DNA from: Octopus sinensis
Lineage: Eukaryota
DNA: 64,000 nt
Direction: 5' to 3'
Assembly (NCBI RefSeq): GCF_006345805.1
Contig: NC_043004.1
Location: forward strand, 88,784,001-88,848,000
In this document: piece after piece, positions 43,864-55,890 of the stretch
How the letters are laid out: each line of letters opens with the position of its first letter
Position numbering within the stretch: the first letter of the stretch is position 1
The notes under the pieces: generated by a model
The model's database searches: none
What the model was told of the DNA's origin: nothing
What the model saw: only the letters and a program-made list of their open reading frames with translations
Position numbers and translations under genes: made by a program

Positions 43864-43923
43864 CTACGTACTGCAGTTTCAGCTATTAATATCACAAGGA
43901 TATCTGTAGCTTCATCAGCGTAG
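43864..43923 (-). ncRNA. Type I minimal hammerhead ribozyme, family 1 (inverted copy)
   Basis: Exact reverse complement of 44253-44312. Confidence 0.9.
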
Positions 43924-44252
43924 TTTGTTATGAGCATAATATGCTGTACTAGATGAAAAACGGTACCGGAGTCCCGCATGCAAAAAGTACAACCTATTAC
44001 GTTCGGATGTATCTTTCGAATGCCTCTACTTTTGGCGCGCTGATAATCGAAAAACTAGCCTGCAGCCAATAATTAGCAGCAGTCAATTTATCGGTTTGAG
44101 AACATATATTTTATATTTAAAAATTAAGGGTAGAAATTGATATTAAGTAGAGGCATTCGAAAGATACATCCGAACGTAATAGGTTGTACTTTTTGCATGC
44201 GGGACTCCGGTACCGTTTTTCATCTAGTACAGCATATTATGCTCATAACAAA

Positions 44253-44312
44253 CTACGCTGATGAAGCTACAGATATCCTTGTGATATTAATAGCTGAAAC
44301 TGCAGTACGTAG
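44253..44312 (+). ncRNA. Type I minimal hammerhead ribozyme, family 1
   Basis: ctacg-CTGATGA-agcta(ca gatatc cttgt gatatt aa)tagct-GAAA-c-tgca-g-TA-cgtag. Stem I is ctacg/cgtag, stem II is 5+6 bp, and stem III is a 2-bp stem with palindromic loop. Predicted GUA cleavage after 44307. Confidence 0.9.
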
Positions 44313-44756
44313 GTAATTATTCCATTTAGTATATTTCTTTTGTCTCATCCATTGCTTTAGGTCGTGCTGAATTTTATTTTCATTTGAGAACATAATCCTT
44401 GTGGAGAATGGCGATTTGACGTCTATATCTAGCATGTTGACTGTCCACCTTTTCGTGTTCAGTCCTTAATTGGTATATAAATATTTTAATCTTCGGATTC
44501 TTTTTAATGTGCTAGACCACTGGTTTTAATTGACTAATATCAATTTCTACCCTTAATTTTTAAATATAAAATATATGTTCTCAAACCGATAAATTGACTG
44601 CTGCTAATTATTGGCTGCAGGCTAGTTTTTCGATTATCAGCGCGCCAAAAGTAGAGGCATTCGAAAGATACATCCGAACGTAATAGGTTGTACTTTTTGC
44701 ATGCGGGACTCCGGTACCGTTTTTCATCTAGTACAGCATATTATGCTCATAACAAA

Positions 44757-44816
44757 CTACGCTGATGAAGCTTCAGATATCCTTGTGATATTAATAGCTG
44801 AAACTGCAGTACGTAG
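44757..44816 (+). ncRNA. Type I minimal hammerhead ribozyme, family 1 (second tandem copy)
   Basis: Same motif 504 nt downstream with one stem II substitution (agctt for agcta). Predicted cleavage after 44811. Confidence 0.87.
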
Positions 44817-44975
44817 GTAATTATTCCATTTAGTATATTTCTTTTGTCTCATCCATTGCTTTAGGTCGTGCTGAATTTTATTTTTATTTGAGAACATAAT
44901 CCTTGTGGAGAATGGCGATTTGACGTCTATATCTAGCATGTTGACTGTCCACCTTTTCGTGTTCAGTCCTTAATT

Positions 44976-45020
<45 letters not shown>

Positions 45021-45720
45021 GAACATTTACACTCACGCACACATGCGCGCGCACACACACATGCGCGCGCGCACACACAATTCTTCCCTCGCTTTACACG
45101 GTATGTTGGTTCAACTTGCTGTGCAATTCGAAGCCGTGTTAAACGAGGAGAATGTGATTTTTAATTATATTATTAACGAATAAAACAACACAGAAAAATT
45201 TAACAAATATTTGATGAAATATCGATAACAGTTATGATTATCCTCTGCGCGCGCGCGCATGTGCGTGTATGAATGAGAGTGTGTATATAAATTTATATGT
45301 ATACATACACGCACTCACGTGCGCACTGCACAAAGAAGCGCAAAAACATATGCATGCGATATGTGATTATATTCTGTCGTAAAATTAGGTTTTATCTTCT
45401 TTCCAAAATAATGAAGTTTTTTCCTGCTGTTTCCACAATATTCGTACGTATGAACTGTATGTGATTTAAGATTGAAGATGCAATGTATACTTTGGGTCTG
45501 AGTTCTTTCTTCATTTCTTTCAACTGATCTATCAGTTACTCTGTTTATATTCAGCCTTTTCCCAGTTTCTGTTGAATCCTTTCGGTATTGAAGTAATTAT
45601 ATTAATTTTCATTTCCAGAAATATTGACTTTCTCAGCACTTGTAACTCTATCTTTTAATCTGGGAATATATATTTGCAACGCATGAAAAATAATTCTAAT
45701 TTAAAGGTTAGTTTAAAACA

Positions 45721-46046
45721 CAGGGTTTCTCAACCATTTTAATCTATGGACCCCTTCGATTACTATTTTATTCTGGTGGACCCAACCCTCCATAGCCTTT
45801 CGATGTTTAAAAACTTGTTTTATAGAAACTCCTTTCAAGTTTTCTATTTTGTTTTTCACACATTAACTTATGAGGTTGAACGATTCTTGCAATACATTGC
45901 AATACGTACGTCTGAAGCAAAATGTTCTCAGGGGCCCTTAAAATACTATTGTGAATCCCCAATTGGCTATTTTGTTGCGTCGACCCCCTCCCCCAAAGAT
46001 ATTATATGGACCCTCAGAGGCCGTACTGAACCCGGTTGGGAAACTG
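45721..46046. mobile_element. hAT-type MITE
   Basis: Ends cagggtttctcaacc and ggttgggaaactg are imperfect inverted repeats; internal ggacccc motifs. Confidence 0.6.
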
Positions 46047-47779
46047 GTATAAAGTATAGTCTCCCTCTCCGTCATTATCGAAGAAATTAAATAAAAATAG
46101 AATTAAAGAAAATCTTAAAAACTGAAACGGGAACGACAAAACGATGATTCGGAATATTCTTTTATTATTTATTTAATTTGTTTCAGTCATTTGACTGCGG
46201 CCATGCTGGAACACTGCCTTAAAGGGGTTTAATCGAACCAATCGACCCCAAGACTTGTGCTTTGTAAACCTAGTACTTATTCTCTCGCGCTCTTTTTACC
46301 GAACCGCTAAGTTACGGGGACATAAGCACACACATACACGCACATAAATATATATACTTTCACACATATATACACACATACAGCTCAGCCAGAAACAAAT
46401 CAATTCGCTAAATATTTGCGCAGCATAGCAAGCGAGCTAGCTAGCAGCTGTATTATTCGAGGAACTAGACTACCACAGTTATTCTTGTAAATCATATAAT
46501 ACGCAAAATTTTACAAAATAATTAAAAAGCAAGTTTTTCTGATGAAAGAAAAATTGTCATTAACGATGTCGACATTGAGGTAGGTAAATATAAGTGCTGT
46601 GGGTTAGTGTCTTGTTAATCAGTGATAAGTATTAAATCAATAGCAACAGGGTTTGTTTTAACTATTTTATAAAAAAAACAGCGCTTTACTTGCAATGTAA
46701 TGAGCCATAAAATGGTGAAATTTACATCGGAAAGGCGGCGAGCTGGCAGAAACGTTAGCACGCCGGACGAAATGCGTAGCCGTATTTCGTCTGCCGTTAC
46801 GTTCTGAGTTCAATTCCGCCAGTACTAGTTACGCACTGGAGTCGATGTAATCGACTTAATCCGTTCGTCTGTCCTTGTTTGTCCCCTCTGTGTGTAGCCC
46901 CTTGTGGGTAGTAAAAAAATAGGTATTTCGTCTGCTCTAACGTTCTGAGTTCATATTCCGCCGAGGTCCACTTGCCTTTCATCCTTTCGGGGTCGATTAA
47001 ATAAGTACCAGTTAATCGACTTAATCCGTTCGCCTGTCCTTGTTTGTCCTCTCTGTGTTCAGCCGCTTGTGGATAGTAAAGAAATAGAAATTTACATCGG
47101 AATTTATCTTTGAATATTTTTTGTTTTAGTGGATTTTATTTGGCTCATCAAAAATATTCGAAATTAGCAATTCTGTTATTTAATTTTTTTAAAGCATTAT
47201 TTCAACTTTGATGTGCCAAAAACTGGTAAATTTGCACCAGAATTTATAATTGAACAGAAAGAAAATTTTCCTGGATCTTATTTGCCTCCTCAAAAATATT
47301 CGAAATTAACAATTCTGTTAATGGAAGCGATGCTATTGGTTGGTTTTTCGTCAATTTCAGGTCATTCTTATTTTCTTAAAATTGCAGTGATAAAATACAA
47401 AACGAGATTTTCTCCTAATGTTATCTTTAAAATGTAGTAGGTAGCATCGATTTTTTTTTAAAAAACTAGCTTCACACATTAAAGAAGACCTTTAACTTCA
47501 CATGATGAAACTAATTTGAAATCAAAACAATACGAAAACGATGAAAACAAAATTGTTATAATTTTAGGTTTTTGTTTTCATTTTTTTAATTTTTAAAAAA
47601 AATTTTGCATCATTTTTAGCTTTATTTATGTTCTTTTCTTCATTTCCTTTTAATTTTTTAATTTTTAATTTTTTAATCAATTTCATTGGCCGATAAAGGT
47701 TTAAGAGATGCACAGATAGCCATTTCAAATCGATTATCTGTAGAATATCTGACGAAGAAAACAAGATGTAGGTTTCGAA

Positions 47780-47860
47780 TTAAAGAACGTGACAGACGTT
47801 GTAGCAGGAGAAACCGTGTACTGGAAGCACTAAAATGGTTGTATAGAAATAACTCTCCAG
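47780..47860 (+). pseudogene. Possible Helitron Rep/helicase-associated peptide relic
   Basis: RRNRVLEALKWLYRNNSP resembles the V-R-R-x-x-V-x-x-A-L-x-W-L-K-x-N-N-P motif of Helitron proteins (recalled); short and isolated. Confidence 0.35.
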
Positions 47861-48288
47861 TTAATTGAAAATTTTGGCAACCACGAAGAAGATGAAGTGG
47901 GTAGGGTTGCGGTGTGGGAGGGCAGGTGGGCAGTGCATGGAAAGACGACGACGAAGGAAAATATAAAACATTAGTCAAAAGAGAATTTCTAAAAACTTTT
48001 CTCTTTCTAATTCCTTTATTATTTCATTTTTTTTTTTTTACATATTACTCAAAACTTTCTTAACTTTCAACAACTCGGTTATATATGTAATTATATATTT
48101 TAATATATTTTATTTTTGATTTCTATTTTTCATTTTTATTTTTTTTTATTTTTTATCAATGTCAGATACAACTGCAGAAGATAAGAATGATTTGTTTGGC
48201 AAAGAGCCCACGATGTTGCTTTGCATTAAACAAGAGAAGTTTGAACACACTATCATTATTATTGCTATTATTATTATTATTATTTTTA

Positions 48289-48331
<43 letters not shown>

Positions 48332-48340
48332 CATCATCAT

Positions 48341-48427
<87 letters not shown>

Positions 48428-49113
48428 CGTAAAACCGACCCGTTTCTTTATTATATTTATATTTTTTACCCTTATGCATTTTTACTCGGTTATCGGTTTT
48501 GTTGAAATTTGTGTTTTATTTCAAAAGTATTTTGTCTAGAAGCTAAGCTAAAAAAAAAAAATGATAATAATAAAACGTTGGAGCCAATCAACAAAATACA
48601 CTGTCCAGGTGGGAAAGGATAGATTGAAGTTGCTGATGATGAGAATATTGGCTTCTGCATGGTAGTTATTTGAGGGAAAGCAATATTCTAAAAAATGTCT
48701 TCTCTTCACTATTGCGTTATTCCCTATCTTTTATATTCTTTATCTTTCACCTTCATACCTGTCAATATGTCTGTTTGTCGGCTGTTGGTTAGATTTCCAG
48801 TACGCTTGATTTTCTGTTTGTCTATTGATTTTGCCAGTTTATCAGTCTGTCTGTCTGTATGTATGTCTTCTATCTGCCTGGTTGCCTGTATTTGTCCTTA
48901 TACCTTACTGTCAGCCTTCGTATGAGTGCATATGTATATATATATATATATATTATATATATATATATATTATATATATATATATGATATATATTATATA
49001 CGTATTACATATATATTTATGTATGTATGTATGTATATATATAATATATATATATATATTATATATATATGCATATGTATATGTATGTATCATATATGCA
49101 TATACAGACTATA

Positions 49114-49168
<55 letters not shown>

Positions 49169-49403
49169 ATATATATATTATATATGTGTGTAATGGAACG
49201 GTGAAACTCGAAGCAGGTAAAACGATAACTAATAGCGTGTAAATATTGAATTCAAAATCCTGTGAAAGTAAAAGTCGAAGGTTGCCCGTGGGACACTTAT
49301 TACGTCAACAATATATGTGTGAGTATATAAATATGTATGCATGTCTATACGCATGTATGTATGTATGTATGTATGTATGTATGTATGTATGTATGTATGT
49401 ATG

Positions 49404-49435
<32 letters not shown>

Positions 49436-49750
49436 CTTATAGCTAAAGGCAACTGAGCCGTAACTTCGAAATCATAGTCAGCCATTTCCTTGTGAAAATA
49501 AAATGTGGAATATATTCCACTGAAATGAATTGAAGAACCCTTCACTCAATGCTTGACGTCTTTATATATAGCAATATGTAAAAACAAATATTGTTATATA
49601 CGTGTATGTGTCTATGTGTATGTATACAAATATATATGTATTCATATATAACTTTATAGGCATGTATGTATGTGCGTATGTATATATATATATGTACGTA
49701 GGTTTGTGTGCACGTAAGTGTATGTACGTGTGTTGTTATATGTATGTATG

Positions 49751-49784
<34 letters not shown>

Positions 49785-49966
49785 TGCATGTATTATGTAT
49801 GTGTGTATGTACGTATGTATGTATTATGTATGTATGTATGTTTTATGTATGTTTGTATGTATGTATGTATGTGTGTATGTATGTATGTATGTAATGAAGA
49901 ACTGCTATTTTGATTGAAATAAGATAACAGTTAACCTATGCTTAGAATTCCATGTAAATCCACATA

Positions 49967-50216
49967 CAGTGATCTCTTGACTGTCTCGGGTGTTACATTT
50001 CAAAAACTTTTGCGATAGGTGAAAATCCACAAAGTGGAAACAGTGCTGTACTGTATATTTTTATTATTATTTTTATAATTTGCATATATTTATTTTATTA
50101 TAAATGCAAAACAACACCACGGAGGAATCGACGTAAGCTTAAATAATAGACCGTGATAGATGAACAGCAATAGGTGAGCCGCCATAGGTGAACTGCGATA
50201 TGGTGAAGGATTACTG
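49967..50216. mobile_element. pogo/Tigger-like MITE
   Basis: TA|cagtgatctcttgac ... gcgatatggtgaaggattactg|TA. Confidence 0.6.
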
Positions 50217-50232
50217 TATATTCGAATTTCTA

Positions 50233-51524
50233 CGAGGGACGTTCAATAAGTAATGCCTCTGACCCACTTCCAGGTGTCTGATCTAGTTGGAATTTTGCAT
50301 GTGCAATTACTTATATCTCTATAGATTAGGTGGCAAATTACAGCTCTGAACTAATTATGGTTTCTGATTTACAGGTGTTTGAACTGAGTCAAGTGTGAAA
50401 TGGAGCCTGTTGAGTGTCGAGCAGTGATCCGGTTTTTGTATTTGAAAGGACGCACACCATGGGAGACTTTTGATGAAATGAAAGTAACTTATGGTGATGA
50501 TGCCCCATCATATGACCTTGTAAAACGCTGGCAGCGTGAATTCAAACATGGTCGAAACTCTGTGGAAACAGCTTCCAGATCTGGTCGACCCCCTTCTGCC
50601 ATTGATGAGGCATCTGTCCGTCAAGTTGAGGCTGCCATTTTGGAAGATCGACGCATAACTATTCTCCAAATAGCCCATGAGGTCAAGATTAGTACCGGGT
50701 CAGTGGAAACTATCATTCATGACCATTTTCATATGCAAAAGGTGTCTGCCAGATGGATTCCCGGGTTGCTCACACCTTTCCAGAAGCAAGAACGCGTCGA
50801 GTGCTCGAGAATGAATTTGGAGATGTGCCAAGAAGATGAGTCAAACTTTTTCAAAAGATTGATTACACAGGATGAAACCTGGGTCCATCACTATGATCCA
50901 GACTCCAAAGCCCAGTCAATGCAGTGGAAGCACCGTGACTCACCTCCTCCAACGAAGGCAAGGGTGCAGCCCTCTGCTGGCAAGGTTATGCTCACAGTCT
51001 TCTGGGACCAGGACGGAGTAGTGATGACAGATTTCCTGGCAAAGGGTACCACAATTACAGGAGCCTATTATGCTTCACTTTTGAGGAAATTAAGAGAAGC
51101 TATCAAAATCAAGAGGCGGGGCAAGATCAGCGAAGGCATCCTCCTCCTGCAGGACAACGCTCCGCTCCACAACTCGCGTGTCGCCAGATCAGAAGCACAG
51201 GCGTGCGGCTATGAACTCCTCCCCCACCCCCCTACTCTCCTGACCTTGCACCCTCTGATTTTCACCTCTTCCCAGCCATGAAGTTGTTTTTGAAAGGAAA
51301 GCATTTCCCAGATGATGCAGCCTTGGTTTCTAAAGTCACGTCGTGGATGGAGGACCAAGCTGGGGTCTTTTACAAAAACGGTCTCCAGAGCTGGATCAAA
51401 CGATGGGAGAAATGCGTAACTCTGAGTGGTTCCTATGTAGAAAAATACCAATAACTGTGCCAAGTTCCGTTGCTCTACTGGTATGGGAAGTGGGTCAGGG
51501 GCATTACTTATTGAACGCCCCTCG
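50233..51524 (+). mobile_element. Full-length mariner (DD34D) DNA transposon
   Basis: About 39-bp TIRs (cgagggacgttcaataagtaatgcc... and ...ggcattacttattgaacgcccctcg) with 2 mismatches, TA target duplication at 50231-32 and 51525-26, length 1292 bp. Confidence 0.95.
50400..51454 (+). pseudogene. Mariner transposase with a single 1-nt frameshift in a C-run near 51225-51232
   Basis: HTH N-terminus, WIPG (WVPR-like), TQDETWVHHYDP and LLQDNAPLH; after the shift YSPDLAPSDFHLF...RWEKCVTLSGSYVEKYQ*. The span is 1055 nt, one short of a multiple of three. Confidence 0.9.
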
Positions 51525-51597
51525 TATGAAGTATTAAACATAATTTGTTTGCTGATTTTCTTTTGTTATTATATACGCTTGAATGTTTTTTATATAA

Positions 51598-52601
51598 TCA
51601 ATATCTATAAAGCTGAAATGCGAAAAAGTTGTTTGTCTCATTTTGGGATGGGAACGGTTTAAGGGGCAGTAGATAGGGTGGGATTGGCGCCAAAATTTAC
51701 AGGAACATGTAAAAATAGGCGAGGAAGCGACTGGACTAGATTAGAAACCCCTATCTCAAAAGCTGTGGTTACTAGGGCAATAAAACCCAGACTTTGACAA
51801 GTATTTGTCGTTTCTCTCTTTCGGATATCACCCTATCTTCCTCGATCTCTCTCTTTCCTTCCTTCCCTCTATCATCAATATCTATAAAGCTGAAATGCGA
51901 AAAAGTTGTTTGATTTTTTGGTTGTTTGTCTCATTTTGGGATGAGAACGGATAGATGGGGTCGGATTGGCGCCAAAATTTAGACTGGGGGGGTAAATGGG
52001 GTCGGAAATGATGTGAGGAGGGCTGCAAGTCGCTCTGGGCTACCGTTTGGTTGCCATAGTGAGGAATATGGGAGAAATTGAGTTTTATGGGAAAGACAGG
52101 TTGCGCTGTTTGAATAATGGTGGCTTTTCGTGTTGCTACAGGGGCTAGAGGCGGTTATCTTTAATTGTGGGTGTAAAAATCAGGGGGTTTTGGAAGCGGG
52201 GGGAAATTTTTCAACTTTTAAAAAGAGTACATTTTTGCCAAATTTTTAGATTTAATTTTTTTCTGTTTGCATTATTTGGTTGACATGGGTAAAAATGGCA
52301 TTGTGTTAAAGGCCAAAATTTTAGCTTTCATTTGTATCATGAACCGTCGAAATATACCAGAAGAAAGTATCAAATTTCACAAAATTTTAAGTAATTTTGA
52401 ATTATTTTTGTGATTTTACGTGCACGCGTAAGAGAAAGCGAGGGAGAGTCCGAGAGAAAGGAAGAGTAAGGGAGCGGGAAAGTGAGAGAGAAAGGAGAGG
52501 GAAACAAAGAGGGAGAATGTGGTGATAAGAAACAGAAAGAAAGCAACAGAAAGTAACGACCACACCCTCACCCTCGCGTAGAGCGGGTCACCTTAAGCTA
52601 G
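51598..52601 (+). mobile_element. Non-autonomous Helitron-like element with duplicated 5' terminus
   Basis: A|TC start (tcaatatctataaagctgaaatgcgaaaaagttgtttg) at 51598, repeated at 51875. 3' imperfect GC hairpin accctcgcgtagagcgggt then CTAG|T at 52598-52602; no target duplication seen. Confidence 0.75.
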
Positions 52602-52679
52602 TTTTAATATATATCCGAGAGGAGAATAAAGTAGATTTCGCTTATTGGATCAAAAGTTTTACAATATTTTGGTAACTTA

Positions 52680-52990
52680 TTCGTCAATTTACAACAAAAG
52701 TAGCCCAGCATTCAAAGTAGAGGCCATCGTATTGCACAATCTGAAGTCACCTTTCTGCTAGTTCTTTGATCCCACGCTGAGTTCTTGTCCTTCGAGGGGA
52801 AGAACTCTTTTGTTGAAGCTTCTGCCTCATCTTCATCGATGAAGCGTTGCAAGCGCAGGCAGTGAGCCATGGATCGAAACAAGCAATAATCCAAGGGAGA
52901 TGGTTTTCCGCAATCCTAACGTGCATAAGCAGTGGTTGAGCAAGGACCAACCTATACTCTGAGCAGCTGGAATGGATGTATGCCATTAAG
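52680..52990 (-). pseudogene. Mariner transposase 3' fragment
   Basis: DYCLFRSMAHCLR...KEFFPSKDKN. Confidence 0.75.
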
Positions 52991-53009
52991 CGGCAAAATA
53001 CCCGGCACT

Positions 53010-53390
53010 GGTTAACAGAATGGGAGCTCTTCTACAAAGCAATGCAAGACCTCATGCCGCTAGAACGACCTTGAATAAATTCCTGGAACTTGAAGGAATC
53101 GAACTGATGACATACCAAGCATATAGTCCGGACCTAGCTTCCTCGGATTATTATCTGTTCCGATCCATGGCTCACTTCCTGCGCTCGCGATGCTTCATCA
53201 ACCAAGAGAAGGTTTAAGCTTCAGTGAAAGAGTTCTTCACCTCGAAGGACAAGAACTGGTTATCAGCTTCGGATAAAAAAAAAAACTGGCAGATGAGTGG
53301 CTTCAGACAGTGCAACACGATGGCTTTTACATTGAATACCAGATTGACTTTGTTGTAACTTTATGAATAAAGCAAATAAGTCACCAAAAT
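53010..53390 (+). pseudogene. Mariner transposase 3' fragment, same family, opposite orientation
   Basis: LLQSNARPHAAR...AYSPDLASSDYYLFRSMAHFLR. Confidence 0.8.
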
Positions 53391-53910
53391 GTTTAAATTC
53401 AATGCAATAGTTTGTCTTTTTATTACATCATCAGAAATTACATTATTTTTACATGTATTTCACTAGCGAATACTTGTATGTTATACAGCATTCGTTACAT
53501 AGACTAGACAGTTGCATAATTATATTAAAATTCCTCATCTTCTGAAGAAAACAGTAATTTAATCCTCAATTGGTTGGCATTGCTAAATATGAACTGGCAT
53601 TTTAATGCGGTTATGCAATTGTGTACGTAACGATTACTGCACAACATAGTCGTATTCACTAGTGAGGCACTCGTAAAAATTATTAAATTAATGATGTCAT
53701 AAAAGAAAAACCAATTAAATCGCTCATAACTACTGGAGGGGTATATCTTTATGATTTGAAGAAGAAGGATTCCGTAAATCAAGGAGCGATCATCCGTGGA
53801 TGTGTTTTCTAAAACGTGAGAATGATGCTGTTGTAGCTCAATAAGACAGCTCAACAGAATAAGTAAAAGTTGTGCGTGTGTGTATGAATGTATGTGTGTG
53901 TGTAGTATAA

Positions 53911-53956
<46 letters not shown>

Positions 53957-53957
53957 G

Positions 53958-54260
53958 AAGGAGTATGGCTCAGTGGTTAGAGCTCTCAAACCTGAGGTAG
54001 TGAGTTCGATTCCCGGTCAGGGTTGTGTGTTGTGTTCTTGAGCAAGACACTTTATTTCACCTTGCTCCAGTTCACTCAGCCGTAGAAATGAGTTTCGACG
54101 TCGCTGATGCCAAGCTGTTTCAGCCTTTGCTTCTCCGTTGCTTCATCAGTGTCGTGAGGAGGGGAAGCTGATATACATGTATGACTGCTGGTCTTCCGCA
54201 AACAACGTTGCCCGGGTTTATGCCTTGGTCATTCATGACCAAAGGGGGTCTTTTACCCTT
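53958..54260 (+). mobile_element. SINE family C (tRNA head with CORE-like body)
   Basis: tggctcagtggttagag A-box, gagttcgattccc B-box, then gttcttgagcaagacactttatttcac...cagttcactcagc...aaatgag. Confidence 0.7.
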
Positions 54261-54720
54261 TATATATATATATATATATATGGCTTTGATTTACAGGTGA
54301 TCCATATAGTATAGAGGCATATCAAAGTGAAGCAAGCCACAAATTGTCTCGATGCATGTGAATACATATATATGTGTGTGTGTGTGTGCTTGTGTCTGTA
54401 TCGGTGAGTGTGTGTGTATCCATATGTACACACAAGCACATATACAAACACAGATACACACACCATTTCCGCCTAACAGTTCCACTCATAAGGCATTTGT
54501 CAGTCAAGTAGAAAATATTTGCCCAAGATACCGCGCACTGGCATTGAATCCGAAATCACGCAGTTGCAAAACGAATATTTTAGCCACAGGAGTAGCCATG
54601 CCTGTGTCTGTTTAGATTTATATATACTGACCAAATACTCAACGGAAAGCCAAGTAATAACTTGAAATCCCCTTTTTTTGTCGTTTTGTTTCACCAAAAG
54701 GAAAAGAAAAATATTCCATA

Positions 54721-54872
54721 TAGGCGCAGGAGTGGCATAGGCGCAGGAGTGGCATAGGCGCAGGAGTGGCATAGGCGCAGGAGTGGCATAGGCGCAGGAG
54801 TGGCATAGGCGCAGGAGTGACATAGGCGCAGGAGTGGCATAGGCGCAGGAGTGGCATAGGCGCAGGAGTGGC
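54721..54872 (+). repeat. 17-bp minisatellite (taggcgcaggagtggca) x9
   Basis: Units start every 17 nt from 54721 to 54857, with one variant unit; the last unit is the 5' end of the SINE B copy. Confidence 0.95.
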
Positions 54873-55260
54873 TGTGTGGTAAGTAGCTTGCTAATCAACC
54901 ACATGGTTCCGGGTTCAGTCCCACTGCGCGGCATCTTGGGCAAGTGTCTTCTGCTATAGCCCCGGGCCGACCAATGCCTTGTGAGTGGATTTGATAGACG
55001 GAAACTGAAAGAAGCCTGTCGTATATATGTATATATATGTATGTATGTGTGTGTGTGTGTCTGTGTTTGTCCCCTAGCATTGCTTGACAACCGATGCTGG
55101 TGTGTTTACGTCCCCGTTACTTAGCGGTTCGGCAAAAGAGACCGATAGAATAAGTACTGGGCTTCAAAGAATAAGTCTCGGGGTCGAGTTGCTCGATTAA
55201 AGGCGGTGCTCCAGCATGGCCGCAGTCAAATGACTGAAACAAGTAAGAGAGTAAGAGAGT
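54857..55260 (+). mobile_element. SINE family B, well-preserved full-length copy
   Basis: Complete head, (TA/TG) tract and (gagtaa)n tail. Confidence 0.9.
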
Positions 55261-55760
55261 ATACCCAACCATTAAACACTCCATCTATTTAGTCATCTTG
55301 CCTATTGCCACGGTTTTGCAAAACTCTTTCATACACACAATATTTTCTTTTCGTTTAGTATAACGCTTTAACGTGTTACTTATCTTTTCTCTCCGCTTCT
55401 CTTCCTCGCTTATCTATCGCATTTATTCCTCTCCTCCTTTTTCCGTAATCTTCAACAAAAGTGATTTCTTTTTCAAAAAGATAAAATAAAATAAAATAAA
55501 AGCTTCATGGATTCAGAAGAAAAATTCTCCATCGAACCCTCACAAACACTAACACAGACCAAGTTTTGAGCTCATTGCTGATGTTACATATTGTTTTTCC
55601 TAATGGACATCACATTAGGTTTTAGCGAGAATAAAAATAAAATAGAAAAAAGAACATGCCAGAAACAAGAAAATGAATTGAATTACAATGAATATAATTA
55701 AAGAAAATATTTTTATTTAAAATAGCAACATTTCCGAAATGTTTTCCGCTATTATTATTA

Positions 55761-55890
<130 letters not shown>

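Larger units (their letters stand above)
43611..44980. repeat. 504-505-bp non-coding unit in tandem and fold-back arrangement (retrozyme/Penelope pLTR-like)
   Basis: Forward copy 43611-44145 (period 505), switch at 44145/44146 to the reverse complement, then about 1.65 tandem copies to 44980 (period 504). Near-identical copies, (TA)n on both sides. Confidence 0.95.

Noticed and set aside
54721-54872. CRISPR-like array
   Set aside because: Contiguous 17-bp units with no spacers, eukaryotic context and no cas genes; it is a SINE-derived minisatellite.
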